Notes: a model not told the origin generated them from the letters alone. A stretch of DNA of 60,599 bases, filler included, from Sphacelaria rigidula (GCA_964200075.2; 4 parts of 4 records of this genome joined end to end with filler, not necessarily neighbours in it), one strand, 5' to 3'. Positions 1 through 13,300 are shown, numbered from the whole stretch's first letter. Translations and numbers: made by a program.

Positions 1-240
1 CGCTGACGGCGGGGGGGGGTGGGGGGGGGGGGGGGGGGCTACACCCTCATTCCGTCGGTTCCGACGAGGCCGCTGCTGGTTGACATCAAGAGCGGAGAGG
101 GGGAATCCACCGTCAGTACAGCGGCTGCTGTAGCTAGAGCAAATAAGGGACACATGACCTTCGTTGAGCGGTCAAATCCTCCAAGTAGTCGGTCCTCCCT
201 AGACGTTCCAGACACGGACGGAGGCTAGGCCCTCGTTCGG

Positions 241-2720
241 GTGCTGCATAATGCTGAACTCCGTGCGGCGGCCCGTAGGAACAGACAGTGTGCAGCTGCA
301 ATGAAAAGAAACAAAGCCCTGGCTAGACGGCTTCCTGAAATTCCAGCCGTTAAGTCGTCGGCTTGGGAAGCTAGCCCAGCTAACCCTGCCCCAGTAGTGA
401 AACAGGAAGCTGACATAAAATGGCCGTTAGTAGGAGAGGCATCGCGGTCACATGCGCAGGCAGTGAAGTCAAGCGCCGCCGCAGCCAGAAAATCAAGTCA
501 TGTGCCATTGGCTCCAACGTCTCCGTTCCCCGAATTGCTGTCTTAGACTGTGAGACACGAGTTGCGTGCAGGCGGCTACAAGTTCCGTGAGGCTAAAGGT
601 GGCGGGAGCACTAGTAGGTGGTCGGAGGCATCTTTTCCGCGGGGCCGCCGAGATCGAGGTCGGGCGCACCCTCATGGGAGTGGCTTTTACAAAACGAAAC
701 GATACGACTCGGGAGAAATGGGTGGGGATCCCTCCTTTTACCCGCCCTTCAGCTCTCGTGAAGCGAAATATGCTGCACGAAAAGCATTTGGGCCTGTTTG
801 CTCGACCTGTGGAAGTAAGGATCACGTCCTCGCCAGAGAATGTCCGCACACATTCATGAATATATCGGGAATTATCCACCCTAAAAACTGGCGACGGCAC
901 ATCACGAGAAATTCCAGAAAAATGGCGACGGTAGCGTAGATTGTGTGACTACCATCGTACCAGAAATAATCCTTGAATACGTGGCGATGAAGCCTGGGCT
1001 AGTTCATCGACAGCACTTCAGCCCGCTATAGGCACTGGAGGACCTGACCCTCCCACGAATATTGCAAATACTAATGGTGTCAATGTGTCTTATCCGCAAA
1101 TTCTAACTGGCTTGGCCTTGAACAGGAAGAACACTAGTTGGAGGAACGGGGGAAATTCGTTCTAGAAGAGTCAGAATTGTGATCCCGCTGAAACATTGGA
1201 ATCAAACGAGGGGACTGACCATCCACGCAACGATGTTTTGAAAGTTGGAAAGAATCCACAATCCTGTACATATCAAAATTTCTGCCAGTATGTAGGCATT
1301 TCATCGCAGACGGGTGCGAGTAGAGCCTCAGTATTGAAATCGTGCGTGTCATCCCAGTCTGACCGTCGGAATAGTGCGTCTGGTAGGGGTAGATCCCCCA
1401 GTAGCGCACAAAATCTAAGCGATATTTTACGTGAAAGTAAAACATCGAGCGCACAAGCATGCAGCCGAGTTGTACCGTCTGAACCTTCGGTCGCCGCCAG
1501 GATTATGGATGGGCCCGATACGATTGTACAGTCGCAGAGTAAAGAGCACCCAGCAGGACAAGCATCCAGGGTAAGGCTAGAGAGCCGTTTGATCGAGATA
1601 CTCCTCAAAGTCATTCTCGATACCCATCTGGACCGGGGAGCACATGGAAGAATCTCCCCGCCGAATGCTCCACCGTGCAAGGCGAAACTGCCCGCATCGG
1701 TAGGAGCATTAGTAGGTGTAACCCGGGTGATATAAATGACATCACTCCCGCCGAAACTAAAACTTCCATTGTGCACCGCAAATCTGCCCGCATCAGTGGG
1801 GAAAATAGTAATGCTCCGGTAGGGGAAAAGGCGATTTTCCCCGCCGAAGTTTCAACTGTGCATGATGAAAGTAAACGCACCAGTTCGACAATCGAGCGGC
1901 AATAAAGTAGGCGAAAGTGAATTTTCTTCAACTAGAGACTCCAATGTGCATAGCTGAACTTCTCGCAACAGTCGTCGGGGCAACAGTAGTATAGGTCAGG
2001 GAGGACCAAGCAAGGCTGACTCTATTCTCGATCTTGCAACCGTGCACGAAGGTGGATCAGCCGACGACGTTAACGATGTGCAGGACTGCGTGACTATTGA
2101 TTCCCCCGACAGTACTGTTGTAGCATCCCGAGATAGTTCACGTCCTATAGATAGTGACGAGTCTTCATGTTGCGTTGTGCGTGGTGTAGCTCAAGGAAAA
2201 GGTGATGACCCAGGTAGGATACCAGCCGAAAGTATTAACGTACTGGACCCGAAAACAGGTGGTCGCTTGCCTACAGAACCAGTTTCTGCCCGCGTCTCAG
2301 CGACGATCTTTAGTCAGCTTGCGCGGGGAAGGAAAAAACTTCACTCGGAAGAAATTCACGAAGTCATGAGGGGGGGGGAGTGGGTCTAAATCGCAAAGAA
2401 AGTCCGACCTTGGTGCAATTTTCTCCTGGCCCAAAGGCGACTAGAACATTGGAAGTTAAGGCTCTAGTGCACACGTGGAGTTCAGCGACATTTATCCAGT
2501 ACAAGGTGTGGAAACAAATGGTTGACGTCGGGGCGGATACCATAGAAGGTGCCCGGCAAGTAGACCCTGTATCCTGGGGGGACTTCAATGGGGTCTCGTT
2601 GTGTACTTCTTCACACAGTCTCATTCCTTTTCAATCTTATGGAGGCGGTGTTTTCGGAGGCTAGGCGTGAAGAAAATCCGCAACTCGCTTGTGGTGACGC
2701 CGAAACTTGGAGAATGTCTT
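241..2720 (+). mobile_element. Decayed Ty3/gypsy-like LTR retrotransposon fragment (gag zinc knuckle + aspartic protease)
   Basis: ORF 550-939 carries CSTCGSKDHVLAREC (CCHC knuckle-like). ORF 2380-2664 (VKALVHTWSSATFIQYKVWKQM...VSWGDF) aligns by eye with the protease of the neighbouring gypsy element (VVLLDSGSPQTFIGEPMWEH...VWGGF). Multiple stops and frameshifts. Confidence 0.6.
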
Positions 2721-3734
2721 GATTGTTACAAAAGCAAGGTCTCACAGTCGCTCGTGCATCCGTACAAGGCGGTGAGGGTCCGGTCTGCATTGAAACGGTG
2801 GACACCCGGGGTACCAGTATTTTTCTTCATTCAACACTTTCTGTATGATGACGAATATACTGGGATCGTCATCGATCGGGCTCGCAGGTCGGAACGGATC
2901 CTGCCGGCGTCATCGTCGATCTTCGCCCAGTCAGGGATGGAGACCCGCAGAAACCCAGCAAAACAGCATGTACGGTCCCTCATATACACGAGGGTCGGGG
3001 GTTGAAAATTCCCGGTCCAAAAAGCTCGACATGTCAAGGTTGAGCTTCTCTCGCGCGATCGCGGCGTTCTGCCACAGACCCTTGCCAGCGTACCCGACAA
3101 GGGGGCAACACACCTGTACAGAAAGTAGCAATGCTAGCGTATCCCAAGTGCTGACAGTCTGGCAGCCGGCAAGGTGGTTACAGTAGTGTTCTTCTAGCGG
3201 CATCAACTTACAGTGCTCTGGGGCAGAGTTTGTGTATGAATATTTTGGGGATTACCCCAATTGCATTTTGCCGATACGTTGCGGATTTTTCATGATCTCA
3301 ACGCGCCTAATTAAATGTGAAATATACTGCACCCTGGACGAAAAATTCTACAGTCAGTACGTACACAACGTCAAAAGTGTACCGCACTCAGTATGGAATC
3401 TATTGCCTGCTGTAATTTGTGTATTACACATGTTTGCAGTCGGCAACTGGACGCTACATGTAGACACCAGCTGGTAAAAATCTCCACAATGTGAAATGTC
3501 ACAGGCGGATCTCACGCCATAGCGGCTGTCTTATGATACAGCTTCGCCCGAGATGCGGGCAGCCACTACAGCGGCGGAGGTGGCCACTCATTCCTGCGTG
3601 CGTCACCTGGGGCAAACGCTGAACTCCCCTCTGAGGAAAAGAGAAATGAAACTGCGGGACGTGACTCAAGCTACTGGAACGTACACTTCTCCGACGCTAA
3701 TGCATCCATAACACTCAAAAGGAATAACACTGCA

Positions 3735-3960
3735 CAGGCGCGGTTGAATATCAGACTGTGGCCTAGAGAACCCAACCCACGAATGTCGGTTCAAAATGGA
3801 CGAGCATATCTAGCAATTAACGCCCATGTAGTACCGGATGGAACAATGAACGATGACATCCTAGTAGGACGTGATGGCCCAGGTCTATTCCCGGTCAGAG
3901 CGTATCGTGATGTAAACCGACGAGAGACAGTCATGACCTTGCAAGGAAACAATATTGACT
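3735..3960 (+). pseudogene. C-terminal half of a second retrotransposon aspartic protease
   Basis: RLNIRLW...AINAHVVPDGTMNDDILVGRDG matches RLSVQFF...AVWAFVVPDSTMAHVLLLGRDS of ORF 4685-5275(-). Confidence 0.55.
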
Positions 3961-6411
3961 CTGTTGATACGAAGCCATTCGTGAAGTCCGGAAGATGTTC
4001 AGAACGCTGTCAATGGAACTGTGTCAGGGTGGATGTCATTCTGGAAAAAGCCAGAAGCGAGGTCGGAGGTACCATATATGCTTCCCTCGCCTAAAGAGTC
4101 GAAGACTTCATCCATGTGAGGGATCGGAAGTTTCCCGACCACAGTGACGCGATTCAGCCGTTGAGAATTTACGGTGATGCGTATGTTTCCATCCTTTTCC
4201 GGGACTACCACTAGGAGTGAGACCCATCGAGAAGAGGAATGTTTGATTAAACCGGCACCTAAGCACGCATCCAAGGTGGCGTCGACTCTTTGGTCAGGAT
4301 TGGGTTTGTCCGATACGGTCGAGAAGAAATCGGCAAAACGCCGGGTTGAAGTGTGGTCTCAAAGGGCAGCGTTTTGCAATGTCGCAGATCCGTTTTGGAT
4401 CGAGAAAATCGGTCTTGGTACTTCAAAAATCATCGCTTCAATTCTTTGGTTACAGCGGGTTCTCAACCGGGTCCATGTAGGTCAAAGTTGATATCATGCA
4501 GATGGGGTAGGAGTCGATGCCACATATGTAGAAAACTCTTCCGAGATCCTGGTGATGAGCGTTGCAGCCTTGCATCAGGGGGGTCGGATGATGACCGAGC
4601 AGGGTCCACAGTGTGAACCTGTGATGAGGACGAAGAGTTCAGATGGAAATAAGGCTCATCGACGTAATAGACAGAGCAATCTGCCTAGGCCGTAGGAGTA
4701 GGCGCCGAGGGTACCGTTACACCTGTCTCAAGTGGAATGTACATTAAGGGAGCAGCGGAGATGCCTATGACATCACCGGGCTCCGAGTTGGTATGACCCG
4801 TGAGGGGTGAAAGTTGTTTTCCTGCGGAGACGAAGTGCTCTGTGCTGGCAGGCGCATCAACCCGAGGTAGGATGTCGGCGAGATAATGTCCTGTCAGTGC
4901 AGGCATGCCATTTCGGCGAACGAGGGCCACCTCTAGCAGTTGAGGATCATCGGAGAGGGTAGCACCTACACTACCATTGTATCGTAGGTGGTGAGCAGCT
5001 CCGGTAGCTTGTTCATTTTTTCGATAGGCCAAGGCGCCGTGAAGAGTACCGAAATGTTCAAGGTTGAGTTCTCCACGAGGCGTACACTGTGGCGATAATG
5101 GTGGTAGCGTGCGGTAGATGCATTGATCAAACCGCATGTAACTATCTCTGCCCAGTAACAAGACGTGAGCCATGGTGCTATCGGGGACGACAAATGCCCA
5201 GACAGCAAGGCTGCCAGAACGAGTTGTGTTGTGAAAGAATTGCACACTGAGACGTACTAATTTACGTGTGCTCAAAGGTGCGGTTGAGTCACCAAAACCG
5301 CCCCATACTCGAGGCTGGGTGGCGATTTTGCAAGCTGCTGAGGCAGCGCCAATTCATTCAATGTGTTCCCACATCGGCTCACCGATGAAGGTTTGTGGGC
5401 TACCACTATCTAACAAAACAACACATTTGACAGGCGTAGTGGCGTATGGGCTACAATGGATCGCTACGCGAGTAATAAAAGTGGCAGGGTTAACGGACAC
5501 TTTGCCTCCGACAAGATCCGCGCCATGTTCAGCCAAGGTATATTGATCGGGATCAGCGGTGCTGATGGTGAAAACAGACGGCGGGTGATCCGCCGGGGTG
5601 TCAACTTGCTCACCAGAAAGTATGGTGCATAGAATGTGATCCGCAGGGATAGCACAGCTCGGCTGGTCATTTGCAATTTCATAGATGACCATCTCGAGAA
5701 AGCAGGGACCGACGTCGAAAGTGGACCCACGCTGTTCGATGCTTGGGTCGTTCGTTGAAGCGGCAGAAACATCAGAAATATCTTATTTTGATTCTTCTGT
5801 GATGCCTGATGAAGTCATCGAGCTCCAAGTCATCGCATTTTGGAGAGAGTGAGGTCAAGAGTTTCCGCTTGGAGGAGGTGAACGTCTTAATGCGCCCGCT
5901 ACCTTGGGGGCATGTTCACGGGGCTTCCTCTCTCGCCGTGACAAGGGGCGGGAAACTTCCAAAATGTATGGGGAAACCTCAACTGCGTCCCGTCGGGGTG
6001 ATGGGGTCAGCATCGGGGCATGCTCGGGTGAAGCTTGTGGACTTTCCGTTGGCAAGCTCGGCTGAGGAGTCATGGCCAAATTTAAATTTGGACGATTTTT
6101 GTGACAACCGTTCAGGGGTAGTTTCGCGTGGTATAATGAACGCGAAGAACGAACTCTTTCGAGCTGGGTGGATGTTACTTGGCCCGAAGTGGTCAAATTC
6201 AGACCAGCGACACTTAAACCAGTCGAGTGAAGCACACTACGGTCTGCGCGTGCGGTCTCTGAGGGAAGCCCCTGTCTCAGTGACAGGCGGTTGGTCTTCC
6301 CACACCTCAGATTTACACTCAGTTCTGGAAGACCAAGTCGAGTGTCGAGTGTAGAGCCAAGTTGTGAGTCAACGCAACTGTTACGCTGATTGTGGGGTAG
6401 TGAAGACGGGG

Positions 6412-6669
6412 GAGTGATGCTGCGATAGGGTCAGCACTTTTACGGCCTGAGAGTAGAATTGTTACGAACCCTTTATCTCATCCAAAACACGACTTTCGAA
6501 ATAGGTGAGAGTGCGCCAGGGTTTTTCTTCCAATTTGCTAGGGATATCCCGAATGAATTTACAAACGGGGATATCCTAACCCATATTCTTGTGTAGTTCC
6601 TAATTTTAGGAAACCCTGAATCAGGCTGGTTTTGGTCCCAAAATTGCAGACCCTATCGCAGCATCACTC
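6412..6669. mobile_element. Sola2-like MITE inserted in the gypsy element
   Basis: Perfect 21-bp TIR GAGTGATGCTGCGATAGGGTC (6412-6432) / GACCCTATCGCAGCATCACTC (6649-6669), extending imperfectly to ~30 bp. Flanked by GGGG on both sides. GAG..CTC termini with a 4-bp TSD fit Sola2. Confidence 0.75.
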
Positions 6670-7629
6670 GGGGGTCGATGTGAGCGGCCGTCACAAGTAC
6701 CCCTACCTGTTGCCGGGGAATCTGAGCGAGAAATGATTTGTCACTTGTTTCGCGAGCGGCGTTGAGATGGTTTCCGTGGGTGCTGTCGACGGCGCCGTAG
6801 ACTTAAAAACGTCGGCGTTGACGCGTCAGGGATCAGGAGGATCGGTGATGAAGGAGCCAGGGTTTCTGATGTTGAGGTTTGAGCTGTCATAGTGGGGTCC
6901 AGTGCGCTGATGTATCTCAGTGGCAGTCTAGGCGCGGTGAGGAGGACCTGATTCTGAAGGCCATTCGCACGCCGAACATCTTCACGAAAGCGATACTGGC
7001 GGACGAAGATGGGAGGCTTAGGGTGGACATGGGCGAGGGCGTGAAGCTGCTGGCCACCGTTTTCTTTTTCAGGTACGAAAACGCTTTCTCGCAAGTTGCC
7101 ACGGATCCGGGGATTCTGTTCACCACGTGCGGACAGGACTTGGCGTCGCACGTGAACAAGATCCGCCTGTGCATCACCACAGCGCATGGGCACCACCTTT
7201 CCCGCTGCTGCCCAGACGTAGACGCCTGTAAGAAGCACGTCAGTAAGTCCGATGCAGTGTTGGAATACTGGGAGGGAAGCTTCCTACGCAGCATGCCCCC
7301 CGTGAACTTCAACGGACGCGGATGGGGCATAGAGGAGGACTTACCACAAGGGTGGTGTAAAAGCGTTGATACCAGCGGGGGTGGAGCTATCACGCGATGA
7401 CATCCTGGTGTACTTGTCGAGTCACACATACGTTGACACTTCTGGAAACGTGAAAATACTCGGATCTGCATGCCCGGAAACGGCGGCGACATAACACAGA
7501 TGCTGGAGTTGCAGGTGTTTGGGCAACTGCACTCTGACCTGCGGTTGCCAGGGTCGCTGCTTCCTGTCTCTGCCCCCTTTGCGAGCGGCCGCCGCAAATC
7601 CCGCTGAGGGAACCGACGACGGACACAGC

Positions 7630-8005
7630 GGTGCACGCGGCCGATCGCGAGACGGGAGAAGCCGACCAACAGCGGAGCATGCAAGGGGCGGGTCGACTAC
7701 ATCACGTGGAATGAGGGCGACATCTTGAGCAAGCAGCGCACCAGGGACACCTGTTGATACGACTGGTGGTGAGGAGCCTCGCTGTCGCGGTACCGGGAGG
7801 AAGGTGGGGGGGGGAGCGCACTCGGGACCAGATCCGATCAGTAAACCCGACGGCGTAGAGGGCCGTGCACGCGGCCGATCTAGCAAGGGGAAATGCCGGT
7901 CAACAGCGAAGCATGCAAGGGGCGAGTCGGATGCATCCCGCGGACGGGGCGCGGCAAGTCGAGCGAGCAACGCGCCAGGGGCACCTGTTGATATGACCGA
8001 TGGTG
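7630..8005. repeat. Diverged internal direct duplication (~235-bp period) in the gag-like region
   Basis: GTGCACGCGGCCGATC...AACAGCG.AGCATGCAAGGGGCG...CACCTGTTGATA occurs at ~7632-7760 and again at ~7865-7992. Confidence 0.75.
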
Positions 8006-8495
8006 TTACGAGCACGGAGGGGGGAGGCAGGGGGTAGGGAGGGCGCATTCAGGAGAAGGGCCCATCAGTGACTACTTTTGCGACGGCGGATCAGATAAAC
8101 CCGCCGGACACAAGTCGAACTCTGCAGCCGGGATCTGGATCGGAGATTCGGATCCAGAATGCAGCGGGTCCGAGAGAGAGGACTCGGCAACGGAAGCGGG
8201 CGATGACAATGAGGAAGATTTCGCGTTTTGATTTCAGTCTGTGGATAATATTGGGGTCGTTCTCTCTGTAGATAGTTTGCGCAAACGTTCCTGTACAATT
8301 CAAGGTTGTTTTTTTGCAGGCTGTAGTCCTGAGCCGTGTCTCATGTACATTGCGATGATGGTTCGTGCATGTGCGGTGCACCGTGGGGTGCAAAAGTGTA
8401 TGGGGAGTGATCTGGCTACGCCCGTCAGCGAACCGCCTGTGGCGCATGAGGCTACATAGTAATGTGAATCAAGTGAGTGTTTCAACGCAAGACGA

Positions 8496-8753
8496 CTAAT
8501 CTGAACGACACCATGGTATGCCAGTCAACATTTCGACTTACCGTGCAGCACTACCAACGCTAGCGCCTCAACGCTGTGGCGTTCGTGCGAGGAGAGAACC
8601 GCCGGGAATCATCCGTATCACTACTGCGTTGAACAGTGGACGAAAAATATCGGGTGGTATTTTTCGTCACACTCTCGCCGTTATCCCTGATCTTGCATCA
8701 TCTGCACCGAACCGGAGGGTCGTGTCACCACTGGTCTTGCGCCTCACATACCG
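8496..8753 (-). mobile_element. Possible 5' LTR remnant and primer-binding site of the gypsy element
   Basis: Minus strand reads ...CATACCA|TGGTGTCG (LTR-end CA followed by TGG) at 8514/8513, and TGGTATG (8514) / CATACCG (8747-8753) is an imperfect terminal IR. No second LTR is available to confirm. Confidence 0.3.
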
Positions 8754-9327
8754 GGTCGATTTTCGGAACGTTTGATTTAAACTGCTTCTTATCGCAAACA
8801 CAAGATGTTGAACGACTGTTTTTTTCTTGTCCTTCTTCGTTTTGGGCGTAGATGATGGCTGGGCGGATGTTGCCTCCTCGGTATGCCTTGCGTTCATCCT
8901 CGGAAAATCTGTCGCGCCACATGAACGAATTCAGGTACTTGTGTTTCGTTTGTTTTGCTGAAGGTGTATGTTCGTCCAAGAACTATGAACATCAGTCGAG
9001 TCCAGAAAAAAGTGGTAGTCAGGTGTAGAAATCCATGACAGTCATCACCTCGTGTCGACTGTATTTAGACAGAATACTAGTCCAGTCGAAAGCAAATCTG
9101 TGGCCACCGGAAAATGCGAACGTGACATGGGTTGTTCCCCCGGACTTGACCACTCTGGGAGAAGAGTTTATGTGTAAAACAATTAATCTACCACTACCCA
9201 AAAAAAAAAAACTTCCTCGAGTTGTTTCTTTCCGAAAAGTATAGGAAGCCATTAGAAGCTGTCAATACCCGCCGTAGCTCCTTTCAGGACGCAAAATGAC
9301 ACATATGAACATAAAAACATAGAGCTG

Positions 9328-9930
9328 CGAGCTGGGCCAGCAATAAATCCCGCATTCGCATGTCACACCATAAGTAATCAACTTTACCATATAAGCCCGA
9401 CTTGAGTATATTGGTGTGACCTGCAGACCAACGTGGTAACGCACGGGACCGCCGCTGATTGAAAAAAAAATGTACTGCATAATGAATCACCTTACCGACG
9501 GAACAGAAAAAAAAAACCCGTCGGTATTCGAAGTCGCGATCTCCATAACTGGCGTCAATTGCATCACTTGGATCAAATGAGCGCAGCCGCGCCACACGAA
9601 AAGTTGGACGTTGCGCCAAATTTATTGAAGTTTTGACCGAAATCGCACCAGGATCTCCTCCACTCAAGGCGCAACAATCCCAGTAGGGATGCCCACGTTT
9701 TACAAAAAAAAATCGCGGAGTCATAGCATTTTTCTAGTTTTTGGAGAAACTTAAAATCGCTCTAACTGCATTTTTTTTCTTTTTCGGATCCCCGGGAATG
9801 TTGTGCGTAGTGACGATAAAAATGCCGTGTCAAAGTTTTAGCGCCCAACGCTTCGAAATACCCACCGCTTCGAAATACCCACCGCCCGGCCCGGATACAT
9901 TTGCAAATCACTGTCAGCTGGCCCAGCTCG
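9328..9930 (+). mobile_element. Tc1/mariner-like MITE, family A, copy 1
   Basis: TIR CGAGCTGGGCCAGC / GCTGGCCCAGCTCG, followed by TA (left flank TG). Body homologous to 29531-30072 and 57476-58066. Confidence 0.85.
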
Positions 9931-10169
9931 TACAGTATGTTTTTGCGTTGTTTGTTTGCCATGAGAACTGACCTTAGAGGCGGAGGGGTCACGACTTCGC
10001 TGGCGACAGTATGCGTATGTGTGTGTATGCTATGTTTTGGGCAGCGACCTCGCGCGCCACCGCAGCTATAACGCCATGCGGATGCCTTAACCATCTTCTC
10101 TGCTGACAGGCAACGCTGGTGTTTCGACGAAAGAGTGTTAGAGAAAATATCTACGACAACGAACACACC

Positions 10170-10310
10170 TGAACGCGGCGCAATCGCCGCCGGCTTATTT
10201 TGGATACCGGCTTCCTTTGTATATGATATGCTTTCCCACCGCATCTCATGTGTCCCAACACCCCGCACCGAGATGGCAATATCTCGATACACAAAGCAGC
10301 TCCAGCGATA
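10170..10310 (-). repeat. Unclassified dispersed repeat (homologous to 28050-28190, opposite strand)
   Basis: Shared core TGTATCGAG.TATTGCCATCTC.GT..GGGG...GGTATCC.AA...CGCCGCGTTC. Confidence 0.65.
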
Positions 10311-13300
10311 AATCAAATTGCTATGTGTAGCTAAGACGCATACCTATCAGCCCTCGAAGTCGCGGCTGTGCATACTCTTGCCTCAAATAAAAATGTTGAC
10401 GAATAATAATGTTCATATATTGCAATTTCCACACGATAACGAGAACTACTTGGTGCAATTTTGAAGTTAAACGATAGCTATTAGCAATCATTACCTGTCT
10501 CTTGAGTTTCAGCTGGCTGCCATACGCGCAGAGCGAGTTGTCTGCGATCGCGTGTAGGTCGGCCATATGTGAAAATAACTTTTGGGCTTGTACAGATTTC
10601 GTCGCCTTTTTTCCCGGCCATCCGTCGATCGTTCATGTGCGGTATTAGATGGAACTGAACCGGACTTCGACGGAGGGGTAGCTTCGGATAAGCACTACAG
10701 CTTTGTATCACATCACTATAGTCGTCATTATTTTGCCCTGTCGACGTATTTTACTTCACCAAGTCGCTTTTGGGGGGTGTTGTAAAACGTGACACTAAAC
10801 TGATTGACCATATTATTTTGTCCAGGGTGTGCAACTTTCTCTGCCGTACCGTGCTGCTTCGTGGCGTATTTTTGTTCATCTCCCGTAATCTAGCGCGACA
10901 TGCACGACAATCCCGCACATCTGTAGAATATCAGCGTGGGATTCACAAGGTGATAAACAGGGTGACACGTGACCAACCCCTTGCGTCAGGTTCCTCGTGG
11001 CCACATGCTACTAGACGCTGGGAACACGAAGGCAGTACTGAGGCGGAGTTCAACTTCAACAACTGGGCGTAATGGAAAAATCTGAAACGCAGTCGCAACA
11101 TCAGTACAGTACAGTACCAGTCTTACGCCAAGAAAAAAAAAAGCAAGTCAACTGCCAACATTCCCGCATACGAAAATCATACGCACCTCATGTATCTTTG
11201 GACGGTTCAACAGGGTTTAGTACTGTATTTTTAGTACAAATCAAGAGTTATTATGCTTGTGGATTTCTCCGCCGTGTCTGTTCTATCAAGCCTGAAACTT
11301 GGCACAGAGGTAAACCACAACACAAACAGCATATTCCCGGAGCGGCGGCACGTTTTACGTGGTGCGCTAGACGCATGAAGCAAAATACGGATTTTGGACA
11401 ATGCCATCGATACGCCCTCAAAACGCAGTCCCCTCGGCCCAGACTGCGTGAGACGTCAGTGGATGCATATGTTGACACGCAGATACACCCACTTCCTGCT
11501 GGGTGGCTCCTGCCCCGGCAAACGAACACATTGCGCACACTCTAAATGATGTCATTCTACGCGGTACCCATCTTGGTATCGCCTGTCGAGGTGCTCACTT
11601 CAGGAGGCACGGCCGTGCAAGCGCTCTTAGAGCTTTTGCGTGCTGAAACCTCGACCACATGTTATGTGGACTACAAAAAACAACCTCATTGTGCTGAACC
11701 TGGGGTTGCGCTGTGTGTGCGTGCGTATTGGGGACAAAATATGTCGGATTATGTTCCGATTTGTTTTCAGCGTAGACGGAGTACAGTCAGCAGAGTTGAT
11801 AAAATAAGGACGAGCTCCCTCGGTGATGACGATCGCCCAGCGCACCCGACGAGTTCCATCGATACCTCGGTGTACATGACCAAATTTGTTGCCAGAATCT
11901 AATGTACATCCAGACTATTTCGAGCCTGCGCGCTGTCGTTTCAATCCAACCCACCCTACCTGCAGCAAACGCCAGCGACGACCCGCGCCTATTGCCAGAT
12001 CGCAGACCGGCAGTAGTCCTGTGAGAAATGGATCCATGCCACGGCAACATCCCTGTAGTGGTAACCGACACGCGGCCACAACCAGCGTTTCGACCACTAC
12101 CCAGTCGCGCCAGGGAATTTTGAACAAGCCTAAGCATGAAGATTAGCATACTATGCCCAATAAGTAACAGCTAGGGCTTGAACGCGAGGATCTTGCCGTG
12201 CACACCATCACCATATTATTGCAGCACCCAAATCCCTCGTTTTTACGGATGTGTGTTCCGCTTTGCAAACTGTCATGTTCCGTTGGTCCCACAGTACCAT
12301 ACCTTGCTGTAGTTTCAACGTTACTGTGGGAGAGATACATGAATAGTGTGCTGCATTACAATACACACAAGATGGTGAACATAGGTCATGATGGGTGTGG
12401 TCAGAAGAATCGGGGGTTGATGACCGGTTATTTTTCAATCAAGCACATACTATTAATAGCAGATCGAGTTCCAAACTTGGAGAAATCGAAAGAGGCGTTT
12501 TTGAATTCGAGAACATGCATTCCTAGCTTTCCAGAAAGACTGTGGTTCGCCAACCTAGGTGCATCATGTATGCATGTGGCTTCTCTAGAAATGAGACGAG
12601 AAGAGTCGCCGATGACCAGGGCACACGGGNNNNNNNNNNGTGGTTGTTGTTACGCTTGGTGTTTCCACCCCTTTGGCTGTTGCATTCATTAGAAGTCGCG
12701 GAAGGCCCGCCCCCCCCCCCCCCCCCCCCGCCCCCCCCCGCCATATCACAAATCCAGCAGCACCCTCTGGAGATAACGGAAGGTACACATACATACACAA
12801 ACGCACAAACAACGCGCGCAGGAGCTTTTCCTACGGCGAACACTAGCGAGTTTTCCACATTTCAGGCAACGCGAACATGAGCCTCGCCCCTCGCTCAGGA
12901 GATGGATCGTTCGATCCATTCAGGTGATCACATACCGCGCTGCGGCTACTTTCCACGACGCATACTATAGTACGGCCTCGGTTTGAGGGAATGAACAGTA
13001 TGACTACTGTATACCCGATCATGCGTGTTGAAAATTCGGCTTCCAACCTTTGTTCTCTCAAACTGAGTTTGACCATCATGCCGCAGAATATCGTTCAGAG
13101 GGTACATACAGCCCAGTATCTTTCGAGGGGCGGGATCTTCAGGCAAAATGAAGGTGTACCGGGACAGGATCTGCTGAATTAAATCACCAGGCGAGCCCAT
13201 ATCTCGAGCCAAACCTCCCACACACAGATGAGGGTAACCTGAAGTGAATTGGAAGACGCGTGACTGTGGCCGAGTGTTCAAACTCGGCACTGGCTCAAAA

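Larger units (their letters stand above)
3999..8450 (-). mobile_element. Decayed, 3'-truncated Ty3/gypsy LTR retrotransposon (gag-like region, protease, N-terminal RT)
   Basis: Protease LLDSGSPQTFI (ORF 5354-5692) and LLLGRD (4685-5275). RT start GLIKHSSSRWVSLLVVVPEKDGNIRITVNSQRLN...DLASGFFQNDIHPDTVPLTAF (3999-4274). The 5' limit is approximate. Confidence 0.85.

Noticed and set aside
6741-8048. Overlapping 165-255-aa ORFs as host genes
   Set aside because: GC-rich, stop-poor sequence within the decayed gypsy gag region; no domain evidence.
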